From NCBI RefSeq assembly GCF_009914755.1, contig NC_060931.1: 64,000 nucleotides of DNA; one strand, 5' to 3'. The stretch comes from the human T2T-CHM13v2.0 reference genome, Homo sapiens. The stretch's first letter is position 1. Every line of letters starts with the position of its first letter. Position numbers and translations under genes: made by a program. The notes beneath the pieces are model-generated. The model ran no database searches. It was not told where the DNA came from and was given only the letters and a program-made list of their open reading frames with translations. Shown piece after piece: positions 1-64,000 of the stretch.

Positions 1-207
1 TTCTGTGAACTCTTCCTGGATTTCTCCAGCAGAGACAGTATCTCATGGCTAGTGCTAATGCTCTCAAGACTTAGTAATAAACAGATGCTAAATCATAGTT
101 ATCTTGCTGAATCATCTTAAAACATGTTTATTAATGGAAAACTCATAAGAAAATTGTCTATGTCTAACAAAGCATCTGACTGAACAAAATATTCAGATAT
201 TAAATAC

Positions 208-398
208 CTTCCAGTCTTTGGGATCAAGTGTTTTCAGCATGGGAAACTCTTCCAACTGCAATTCTTCATCTTCTGATTCCTCGGATAACTCTTTCTTATC
301 CTCCAGTTCCTGAAAAGAGGCAGAAGCATTTCTGTTTCTCCTCTTAACAAAAGCTTCAAACCATCTTCCCACAGGTTCAACTTGACAGAGTGTAGAGG
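208..398 (-). CDS. DNAJC2: DNAJC2 (MPP11/ZRF1) coding exon 2
   Basis: ag|CC TCT ACA...TGG AAG|gtattt; translates (A)[63 protein letters not shown]; 64+191 nt = 85 codons, in frame with exon 1. Gene continues left of the window. Confidence 0.96.
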
Positions 399-744
399 CT
401 GTGATTGAAAGTGTTAAGAGAGGCTTCAGTGTATCGCATGGAATAAATATGTTTCAAGGCAATTAATTTTTTCAGGAAATAAAATCAAAACAGTGATACC
501 AGCATATACTTTTAAAACCACCGACTACGAAAATAATTGCAGTCATCCAGTTTACATGAGGGTTAGCAAGAAATTATCCTTTCCTAGTATTAAAGAGTAT
601 TTAATCAACCTCTTCCAGTTATCTGACAAAACAAAAAAAACTCAGTAATGTCAATGATAAATCAGTACTTTTTTGGGGATATGAGTAAGGTGAGGAACAG
701 GAAGAAATGTTGCAAACTACTTTACTTTTAGACAAATTATTTAT

Positions 745-1874
<1,130 letters not shown>

Positions 1875-2529
1875 TAGTGGAACAAGCTCTCAATCTGAAA
1901 CCAGACACTCTGGGTTTTAGACTAGGTCTGACAGTGGCTATGTGACCTGAAATGAATCAGGATGTCTTCACCTGTAAAATGGGAACAATACCTATTTATC
2001 TCATTCAGTTCCTAGGAAGCTTGAATGAGACCACAGAAACTCTCTGAAATTACAAACTTGTAGTAAAGGTATCATCTATTCCTGGGAAGTGGGGGTAAAT
2101 CACTGTACATGTGTATACTAGCAATTCAAAAAAGGAAAATCCCTGAACAACTTATTTTAAGATTTCCTCCACCTTACACAGGAGAGGATTAAAACACTGT
2201 CAAAAAGGTACTACCTGTGTAGTATGGGTGTGTGGCTTTTAAGAACACTGCCTTTTAAGCCTTTTGCTCTAGTTGTAAGAGGCACACGGAGACACATAAA
2301 TGCAACACGTGCCATGGGTTATGTTCAAAATCACATTCAACAAGCGCCTATGTGACTGGCTATGGGAATTACTGTAGATCACTGGACCTGAAGACTCTTA
2401 AGTTTACAATACTCATGACTGTCCTGGGCCATAAAACTAAAACCTACAGCAGCAGGACAAGTTTCACTTGTAATAACTGCCTTTCAAAGTCTACGCGGAT
2501 CTTTTCAGCAGCACAGTCTTTGAACACCG

Positions 2530-3350
2530 AGTATGAGGAGCGGTGTCTGAGTTGTGACATTTAAAAAACAAGGCCGGAGCAAACGTAGAGAGGGAGAAAG
2601 TTGTTTAAGAGAGCGCCAGTAGCAAAGCTTTGTACGACCCCAGGCACGTGGGGTGCTCGCTGCGCGTAGTCTTTCCACCGTAGGCAAGGAGATGCTTATG
2701 AGAACCTTTCTGGGGTGCTGGGGGGTTCCGTCCCGAAATGCTCAGCCCAATCCATGAGTCAGCAGCGGCGAGAGGAGGAAGCAACGGTAGGAGCAAAAGG
2801 AAGGCACCCCTCACCCTCCTTCCTTCTAATCTAGGGTAGGATTACTTTAAAACACGGAGCAAAAAGGCACTCGTCACGGCCCCATACGGCCCCGGGGCTA
2901 GTCGCCAGGGTCAAGGGTAGAGAGAGCCCAGGGTTGCCGAGGCGGAGGACTGAGGCAGGGGCAGCTGAGGTGAGAAGGAACCGAGGTTGGGTGGGCACTT
3001 ACCAGAGGTCAGAGCGTGGGTGATGGCGGTGCCCCGGCCGTCCGCGGCGCTTGGCAGAAGCAGCATGATGGCGCCGGGTCTAGCCCGGTGGGCGCAGCGG
3101 CTCACGTCCCGGGCGGAGGGCGCTTAGGGTCCCCTCCAGCTCTACCTCTCACTCCGAGCCTCGCGCCTTGGCTCTAAGACGCCCAGGAACCGGCGCATGG
3201 AGACGACGAGTAAGCACTTCCGGGATGGATCTTTCGTGGTGTGGAGGCCAGTCTCACACCCTCCCACCCCCGCCAACGTGTGCGGTAACCTAGTTCTATA
3301 CTGACTGAGATCCGGCTGGAGACCAAGTCGCACGAGAGAATGGTTCCTAG
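2530..3350. promoter_or_regulatory. CpG island / DNAJC2 promoter
   Basis: Dense CpG and high GC around DNAJC2 exon 1; ETS motif CACTTCCGG near 3215. Confidence 0.85.
3003..3066 (-). CDS. DNAJC2: DNAJC2 coding exon 1 (ATG at 3066)
   Basis: MLLLPSAADGRGTAITHALTS followed by the donor G|gtaagt; matches the N-terminus of human DNAJC2. Confidence 0.96.
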
Positions 3351-4005
3351 GCGCATCAGTTTTCCTGTAAAAAGGATTATATTCCACGTCCCAGTGCAAT
3401 ACATAGAACATAACCTTTAAAAGCAGTTCTTTTTATATTATCTTTAAGTTCTTACTGCTTTATGTATTAATCTGAACCTAATCAGTGATTTTCCCAGGAG
3501 CGCTATACTTTTAAGTAAAAAATGAAAATACCTGTATGAACCAGTATCGACGACTAGTATATACATTTGCGGAGAATTACGTACGTGTATTTGTGATACA
3601 TTTGTGTTTAACTTGATGATGATAATAGCAGCTAATATTTGTCGTGCTATTACTAATTTACCTGCATTATATCTTTTAATACTCGCTTGGAGAAGAAACC
3701 TCTCTCTAGTGTGTTAGATTGTATTCCAAGGCCAGCAATATTTTTACCTTGTTCTAATGAAGTTTTTATTCAAGATATTCCCAATTATAGGACTCTGGGA
3801 CTTAATTTTTTAATGTATAATAAAATCAATTGTATTCCTACTATATGCTTCCTTCTAAGACTGCAGTCAAAAGCAAAAACTAGCAAAAACAAACAGTGGG
3901 TAAAGGCTCACCCCCAACAGCAGTATCTGAAACAGGTTCAATAAAATAAACTTGATATGCCACTCTTTAGCAAGGACCACCAGAAATTAGTAAATTAGAA
4001 AATAA

Positions 4006-4873
<868 letters not shown>

Positions 4874-4884
4874 CGGGGGTTTTG

Positions 4885-5261
4885 TTTTTTAAAAAAATTG
4901 TGCTAAAACACACATAACATGAAATTTACGATCTTCACCGTTTTTAAGTTTACAGTAATGTTAAGTACATTCACATTATTGTGTAACCACCCTACAAAAC
5001 TATTTTTATCTTACAAAACTGAAACTCTATACCCATTTAATCTCTTACAAAACTGAAACTATGCCAGTGGAAAAAACTGTCCACTGGAAACCATCCTTCT
5101 ACTTTGTCTTTAGGAATTTGACACCTCTAGGTACTTCATATTTGTGGAATCATATAGTATTTGTCTTTTTTGTGACTGACTTATTCACTTAGCATAATGT
5201 CTTCAAGGTTCATCTGTGTTGTAGCTTATACTAGAATTTCATTCCTTTTTAAGGCTGAATA

Positions 5262-5294
<33 letters not shown>

Positions 5295-5860
5295 CGCGCA
5301 TGCGTGTATCACATTTTGTTTATCCATTCATATGTAGATGGACACTTGGGTTGCTTCCACCTTATGGGTATCATGACTAATGCTGCTTATGGACATGGAT
5401 GTACAAATATCTCTTTGAGATCCTGTTTTCAGTTCTTTTGGATACACATCCAGAAATCGAATTGCTAGGTGGCATGGTAATTATTTTTAATTTCCTGAGG
5501 AATCAATCATACTGTTTCCCACAGCAGTTGCACCATTTTATCATTTTACATTTACATCAACAGTGCACCAGGATTCCATTTTATCCAGCAGCACATGCAA
5601 GGGTTGGCTGGACCCAAGGGTCATCCTTTCCAACACTTATTTTCTGTTTTGTTTTTGCTTGTTTTTTAATAATAGCTATCTTAATAGGTATGTGGTGGCA
5701 TCCAACTGTGGTTTTGATTTGCATTTCCTAACAGTGATGTTGTCCATTTGTATATCTTCTTTGGAGCAATGTTTATTCAGGTTATTTGCCCACTTAAAAA
5801 ATCAGGTTGTTTTCTTGTGTGGTAGGAGTTCTTTATATATTCTGGATATTAACTCTTTAC
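4885..5860 (-). mobile_element. Old L1 (L1MB-like) 3' fragment containing a (TG)n microsatellite at about 5263-5292
   Basis: Typical L1M 3' end text (cacttagcataatgtcttcaaggttcatc; gtggttttgatttgcatttccc). Confidence 0.8.
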
Positions 5861-5969
5861 CAGAAATAGATTACCTTCACTATATTTGTAGATGTGGCCA
5901 CTACTTATTGTGTCTAATATGCCAGGCGTTTTACAAACACTGTAAAGTTTCCTTCTCACAGGTAATCAG

Positions 5970-26501
<20,532 letters not shown>

Positions 26502-26580
26502 ACCCTGAAGGCTTTCAAGTGAAAACTTTAAATTGGAATCCTAACCTTATATAGACTTGTTAATAACCAATTCATAAACA

Positions 26581-26638
26581 AATAAATGGCTTCAAAATTG
26601 TATGCTTTTTTCCATATCTCTTCTTGTAATATAATAAA
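26581..26638 (+). terminator. PSMC2 proximal polyadenylation signals
   Basis: AATAAA at 26581-26586 and 26633-26638, downstream of the stop codon. Confidence 0.75.
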
Positions 26639-29600
26639 AGGTGATTTCTAATGTTATTAGGCAGAAAAGCTTGTTAGAATATATTTTGACTATTTTTTTG
26701 ACCCACACCCGTTTAAGGATTTCACATCATACAAAGCGCTTGCTTAGATGGCTTCTATCCTAGGCATATGCTGGCCGGGTGCTCTACATATAAATTCTCA
26801 TTGTATCCTCCCATCTGTCCACTGAGGAAGATTATCAAATGGATCTTCATCCAATGGATGCATAAACTTTCCTACTTACTTGTAGTGGCAAAGCTGGCTT
26901 TCAAGTACAAGTTTGTTGGCTCCATTACCTATGCTCCTATTATCCGCTTCTGTCCCGCAACAAAGTAGCTCACTTAGGCGTATGACCACATGCATTATGA
27001 TAGTTTCCCACCACCATATTGAATAATAAAAGCTTTGGCCAAAGCTTTTTTAAAGTAGGAGAAACATTGGATGTATATGTTTTGCATTGCCATTTGATTT
27101 CAAATTAATCAGGAAGAATTAGTGATTTTAATGAGCAGTAAAGTGGTGCAATAAAGCAGAAAGAAAAATGTTCAGCCAGAAGTGAAAGACTAGTAAAAAA
27201 AGAAAAAAAAATATTTGTACATATGATCTAATTTAGAAAGTCCAGAATTGGCTTCATACAGAAAAGTGATTACTTTCATTTTACAAATTACTTTAAAATT
27301 TTGGTAAAGTTTCTGTTAGGCTTCTGGTCTACAGTGAGGTATTTTAAAAATAAAGGTTATATTAGAATCCTCAACAGATCTCTTTAAAATTACCTCCTGT
27401 GTAACCACCACCAAATCCTATCTTCTACCACAATTACCCCTTCCCCCAATGCCAAGACCAAAGCACAATAATGAATATTTTTATTGAAGTTCGATATTCA
27501 TAAATAAGTTGCAAAATAAGAGTTGGATATATTTTTAATTCACAATAGAAAAAGTTGACAACATAGAAAATGCTGCTTTGCACTGAAATACTTAAAATTA
27601 TGAAAGTTTTCAAGTAAAGAAATTAAAGCCTTTTATAAAATCCAACCAACATTCTTGATTTTTCATTTTTATGAACTTGATCAGAAAAATTCATCTTTTT
27701 TAACCCTGCCCTAATTTTTCTTGAGGAATTAAATAGAGCAAACTATTTTCAGGTTATGCTTACAATAAAATATACTTAAGAAAATGACTGAAGATGTATG
27801 TTTTTGAATGTTTTGATTAAATAAATGTACACATTTAGAACACACTCTGAAGTCTTTCCACTTTGTCATGGCCACGTGCTCATATATACCAATTAAAGAC
27901 AACTCGAATTAGATAATGTTGAGCACACTCTGTTCTAACGATACAGAGTGACTATCGTGATAATTTAGGTCCATAAGGAAAATCTAATCGGCCACACATC
28001 AAATGTAAAATCAACTACTTTAAAAATTTGGGTTTTTCTGTCAAGGCATATTTATGCAGGTAGCATCAACATTGCCTAGGTCAGCATGTTTGTACTCAAA
28101 GAGATGAAACAGACATTTACCAGTAACTTCCTCCACCTAAAATAGATGTGTCTATATACATGTGTGTAGATGCACATATATATATATACATGTGTCAGGG
28201 TGCTGATAAGTTAGAATACAAAGGATTTATGACTTTAGAAAAATATACCGTAGAATCCTGTTTAAAAACTTCTTAGTGTTAAAAATGTGATTAGGTGTAT
28301 TAAAAAACTCCGTTTTCATGATGCTTCTGAGGTTTATCTGTTACGTAAAGTGAAATGCAATACACCAGTATAATGAAAAGCCTGGTACAGCTTTCTCAAA
28401 GGCCAGGTGGAGTTTTAAGATGCTCAAACTTGATAAAATCTAAGTCACTAAGCAGGCACGTTACCTGGTGTGGTGCTAACTTTTACCGTTGTGTTGCTGG
28501 GATTGGAGGGGTTTCAAAACCATTGCATGCATTTTGGTTAGCTGTATGTTTGAAGAATTCAGTAATACTTTTATAGTTCTCAAACTTTTATGAGCATTCA
28601 AAACAGTAAGAATCTAAACATCGTGAATCCTAAAGGCACTCCTGAAAGGTAAGGTGCACTAAAAAGGACCAATAGCATTTTTTTGCACTCAGTAAAGCAT
28701 ACAGGCTCACACCAAGGAAGTTCGGTTTCATTTTAGAATTTAAATTGATTTACTATCTTTAAAGGGGCAGACATAAAAGAGCCTTCCCCACCACCTGCTC
28801 TTCCCTCCCTCATCCCCACACAAGGGCACACCCCCACCCCCCCAACACACACAAAAAAACACACCCACCCACCCCAGGACAGATTCACTAGGTTTGCTAC
28901 CCTCTCTTTTCTTCATCCACGCAAGAGAGCAGACTCATTTTCTCAAAGTGTACACTCAGAGGCTGGTACTGTCTTTCTCTGCTAAACAGGTAAGGACACA
29001 GGATCAAACCACACAGAGTGGATGTTTTAGATGTTTCCTGCAACTACAAAATGAGCTATTCCAGGGCTTGAAGAGGATCCATACCCTTAACAGTTTCTTG
29101 GGGTTCCACTGCAGATGAGATTGGCAATTGGGATCCCATTATCAGCTGCCATATACTAATACAGAGTCAGTGTCTAAGACATAGATTGGAGTTTCCTGGG
29201 CCCTGGTTCACAAATGTTTTCAAACATATTCCAACGATTCATGAGACATAGATCAACCACTGTCATACTGCACGAGATTTCAGAAGGTCAAAGGACTTTT
29301 CTTTATGGGACCTTCTTCAAAACAGTGCTTTCCCATATATTGCCATAAAATAAGGCTAGTGCTTAGATTATGTAGATTATGCCCATTTTGATAGGACAAT
29401 ATGAACCTGAATTTGAATCAGGGTGGAAAAACATAGAAGATACAGTAGCAGCTATTAAGGCCCAGAAAGAACAGGTGGGCTTATATATTATTTCCTTGAA
29501 AGCCAGAGACGAGACTGTAAGACAAAAAAGTCAGGAAATTTTTGCTGTATGAAATAATTGAGTAAAACATTCTGACGTATTTACATATGGATGAAATGTA

Positions 29601-29735
29601 TTTTGAAATGCACTCGTTCTCAGATGCTAAGCAAAGTGATAAAACAAAAATATATTTTCCCACCTTAAGACTTGTGCTTTTAATATACATAACAATTCTA
29701 TTCAAAACAGTTTAAAAGTTCAACAGAAAAGTTAA

Positions 29736-30443
<708 letters not shown>

Positions 30444-32848
30444 GAAGTATTTTATAACATAGTTTAAAATCCTTAAATTCTACTTAAATGGCTGAAATGA
30501 TATTAGCTCGTTTACAAAAGTTTCTAGTGTAAGCTGAGGTTCTGCAACTACATGCTCTTTCAGAAGGCAGTCCGTATCAGAATGCAGATGTATCTGATCT
30601 CGTGATGATTGCAAAGGAAATAACTAAGCCAATCTAAATTTCACTCTAGAATTAGTTAAAGTTTTGATTAAAAGGAGGAGTTTATTTTGAATTAAATTAG
30701 TAAAGAGAGTGAGAAATCTGATAGGAGTTAACATCAACACATACACCACAGGCTTTGGTTGCAAGTAGGCCATGCTAACAATTCTACTGGGATCTGACTA
30801 CTTTCTCCTGGCAGTATCTTATTCATGAAAGCTATAACAAGATGTCAATAAGACAGCATATTAAAGAAAAGACAAACTCACTATCAGCAGGAACTCTTAG
30901 CAGAGGAGGCTTTAGACAGGTTGGCTAATGCCTGTGCTTTGATTTGTAGTGAGCTGGTAATTACAAACAACTGAAAGTGACAAATTGGTTTAAAGGTATC
31001 CTCCTCCAACCTTTGACATTCCATGTTTCTGTGGAATGAGTAAGATGAGCATTATGCTTACTCCTAGGCTGAACACTGAGTTTGATGTATAATGAACTGA
31101 TAGCTGTTATGAACTTCTAAGGAAGATTTAAGTTATATGTGGGGTTTAGTTTTCTTAAAAACATGGTCTTTAATGCTACTTCATGATTAGCAACAATAGC
31201 AAAGTTTCTAAGGACTTATACTGGCCACAGTTGTGACAATTTGAGCATCGAAAAGAACATAATGGATTGAAACCCATTAAAACTATAAAAATTCACAAGA
31301 CCACCATCACACCAGAAAAGGGAAATCTAAAAAAAAAAAAAAAACACTAATTTGTCACCATCTAATAAACCAGTTATTTACTTTGAAGTTGATAATTAAA
31401 TGAAAATAATAAAGCATTCAACCTGCCCTTCTGGTAGAACTGTAGGTAAGGATGACCAAATAGCTCAAGTGGAGAAGGGAAAGCTTAGTTCACATAGAAT
31501 AACCAACTAACAAACGGAGAAGAAATGAAAGAACTAGACAACCAACTCACAAACTTTAACAAAGTTAATGATTTAGGCAAGAATTACCACCTAATGTTAA
31601 AACTCCTGGGTAAATGGTAATTCATTCAATGCCAAAGGAATACCACACAGATAAGTCTGTAGTCACAAAGGGGAAAAATCTAACTGGATGATCAGACTGT
31701 CATGCTGATCCAGTAATCAAACTTAGATCAATAGATTAGTTAATGGTAGATCAACTAGATATTACGTTTTCTGAAGTGATGCGATATGAAGCATGTATCT
31801 TATCTATGATATAATCTAGCACAAAATGTTTTAACTTGAACCTATAAAGGCTTTAGATATAACTTCCAGATTGCAGGTAGTACAGGCAATATAAAAACAA
31901 GTTAAACAACACCATGAAAAAGAAACTAGGCAAATTCACAAGACAGGATTCTACAGGACCGCTGCCCCAGTCTCTTTAACAAGTCAATGTCATAAAAAAG
32001 GAACTGTGCTAGATTAAAATAGATGTAAGGGACTTTAAAGGACATGACCAGTTGCAATGTAAGGTCATAGAATGAATATCAGTTTGCACAAACCAACTGC
32101 AAATCTGGGGACAATTGGGGAAATTTAAATATGGTCTAAGATCAAAAATGTGCTGGAATGAGAAAGTGGAGATTGTTGATTAAAGAAAAATCGGTTATAA
32201 AACACTATAGATGTGGTCTTACTTTGGTTAAAAATGTAAATGTATATGTATGGAAAAAGATCTGGAAGGATATTAACAGTGGTAATCTCTGAGTGGTGGA
32301 AATATGTTTTATGTTCTTATTTTTGCTTGTCTACTTTTTTAAAATGTCCTCAATGCATTTATACTGCTTCTATAATAAATAAAAGGTTATTTTAAAACAA
32401 GAACTTCTAGAAAATTGCAGTTCCTGTCTTCTGTTAGATAACTGATTATAGACAGTCTGTAGACCAACAAGTACAAAAACAAAGAACCACTACTTATCTG
32501 TAGATCAACAAGTACAAAAACAAAGAACCACTATGTAATATCTTATTTGTGGGTAAAATACTTGACTGAAATAAATTTTTCGATGCTTAGCTTACAAAGA
32601 TAATACTAGAATGTAGCAGAAATGTCTCTCCATAATAAATGCAGGCAACAGGCCAATTTATCTTTGAAGTATTCAATTAAAAAAACACAAGTACAATACA
32701 TCTTGCTAGGCGTCATTCACCCTCCAAATCAAGCCTGGACTACTAGTATTCACCCTTAGAAAAAAAAATCTAGCGTCTAGTATTTAAAACGTGTAAATTA
32801 TGAACTTCATGAGAGGCTTATAACCCCATCCTAGGGTGAGGTCCTCAT

Positions 32849-56455
<23,607 letters not shown>

Positions 56456-58009
56456 CTAAAAAGACACAAATCCAAATGCACCTTTAGAGATGAATGTTCA
56501 AATACTGCAAAAATCAGCTTCAAATAATATGTTAGTCAAGTCAAATCTATTCTCACTTTTAACATTCAGATTTAAAAAGAAGATTTACCATTAGCTTCAA
56601 CAATTCTAACTTCTCTTAATGACCCTACCCCACATAATTAAAATGAACTCTACAGAGTTTATGACCTGGCATTTTCTTCATGCTTTGTCCTTTTCTATAC
56701 TAAGGCGTCTGGCTAGTTGACTGCTACAGAAAAAGGCCATAAAGCCTTTCAAACGTTGACCTTACCTTTAGGGTGGTGAAATGAGTCTCTGGCCACAATG
56801 TTATGAATAAAGGATATTTAACTCTGTACTTCGAGGGTGGTACAATGACACTGTATGATTACAAAATGTACATCTGGATTTAGAATCCTCCTGGTGATCC
56901 TGTTTCTGGGACAGCAGCCCTAAGTGTGGTGATAGGGCCCCAGCAGCAACCCATAGCTGTCTCCTCTCATTTCAGCTACAAAGTCAGGGTAGAAGGGTAC
57001 ATCAAACAGAGGGTCACTTTACATACGCCCATCCTGGATTGGCAGGGCATAGATTTACTTGGGGTGTAAAGTACAATCCCTAATGAGTTGCAAGAGAAAC
57101 AAAACAAAAGGTGAGATAGCAATTTGCTCCATGCCCAGGAACTATTGCCTATAGAGCTTTCTGAGTGAGTTACCCAACAGAGAAGAAATTAGAGCTGGCC
57201 AGGGAAGGAAGCCAGCCCCTCCTGAGGAGGGCCACTGCAGGAAACAAATAATAAACTTATTATCAGAAACAGCAGCCTGGGAGACCAGGGGCATGGGTGA
57301 TTCTGGCTCTTTTGATGGGAGGATCCTTTTCTGTTGATGACAATTATTTTCATCACCCTTAATTGCATTTTTTGTGCATCTCTAACTAGGGGAGTGCCTA
57401 GAGTATTCAAATCCACAGAATATATATGGCTCAAGCTCCTGGAGCTATAATTTTATACAGTGGTTAAGTAATTTAAACCATTGTTTTCTTATCAAGACAA
57501 ACAGATGTATTATAAAATTGAATGCAAAACTCAAAAAATATTTTTATAATAAAAAATAAATTTGACACTTAAAGGGAGTCATAAAGATGCTGTCCCTAAA
57601 CTTTCTAGAATTCTGGGAAACCATTCCCCTGGGAAACATGGAAGAGTCTTTAAAGGGAATCTGGGAAACAGAATTAGTAACCCAAAGCAGGAGAGGCAAG
57701 CTGGTCATTTACTTCATAATTGGGGCTTGCCTGACTTCTTTCCCACGCAAAGGTGCTCAGAACCTCTTGCTGTACTCCAAGTCAAAATGGGAACTCTGTG
57801 CCTAGCCCCAGTGAGAGAAGAGGTTTTGAAACTGTTAGAGATACATTTCGTTTTGTTTTGCCTGTTAAAAGGTTCTAATGCCATGTAGACAAGACTGAGG
57901 AAAAGAAAAGGTTTGAAGGTATTGCTTCCTTGTGAGCTACGCCAGCCAGTTGTTTCCACAGCTAGAACTTGTTGTTATAATTTGGATCAGACACCTATAC
58001 TCTTCACTT

Positions 58010-64000
<5,991 letters not shown>

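Overview
Human genomic DNA; I recognise it from its protein sequences as the DNAJC2-PSMC2-SLC26A5 locus on 7q22.1. The window holds the first two coding exons of DNAJC2 (- strand) and, head-to-head with it, the complete PSMC2 gene (+ strand, 12 coding exons, 1302 nt = 433 aa, 26S proteasome ATPase Rpt1). It also holds exons 9-20 of SLC26A5/prestin (- strand, codons 297-744), convergent with PSMC2. All exon boundaries were read from GT/AG sites and reconcile in frame. The most notable structure is an alternative SLC26A5 terminal exon at about 11170-11367, antisense inside PSMC2 intron 1 and apparently exonised from a MER82-like DNA transposon. It reproduces the 685/516/335-aa short prestin isoforms, so those transcripts cross PSMC2 exons 2-12 antisense. 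Other items: an intact-ORF RPS29 retrocopy in PSMC2 intron 1, a near-full-length L1PA, dozens of Alus, a 47-nt element duplicated before two PSMC2 acceptors, a two-way inverted repeat, and a 1.3-kb UG-rich tract next to prestin acceptors. I see no evidence of a wholly new system; most long ORFs in the track are repeat artefacts.
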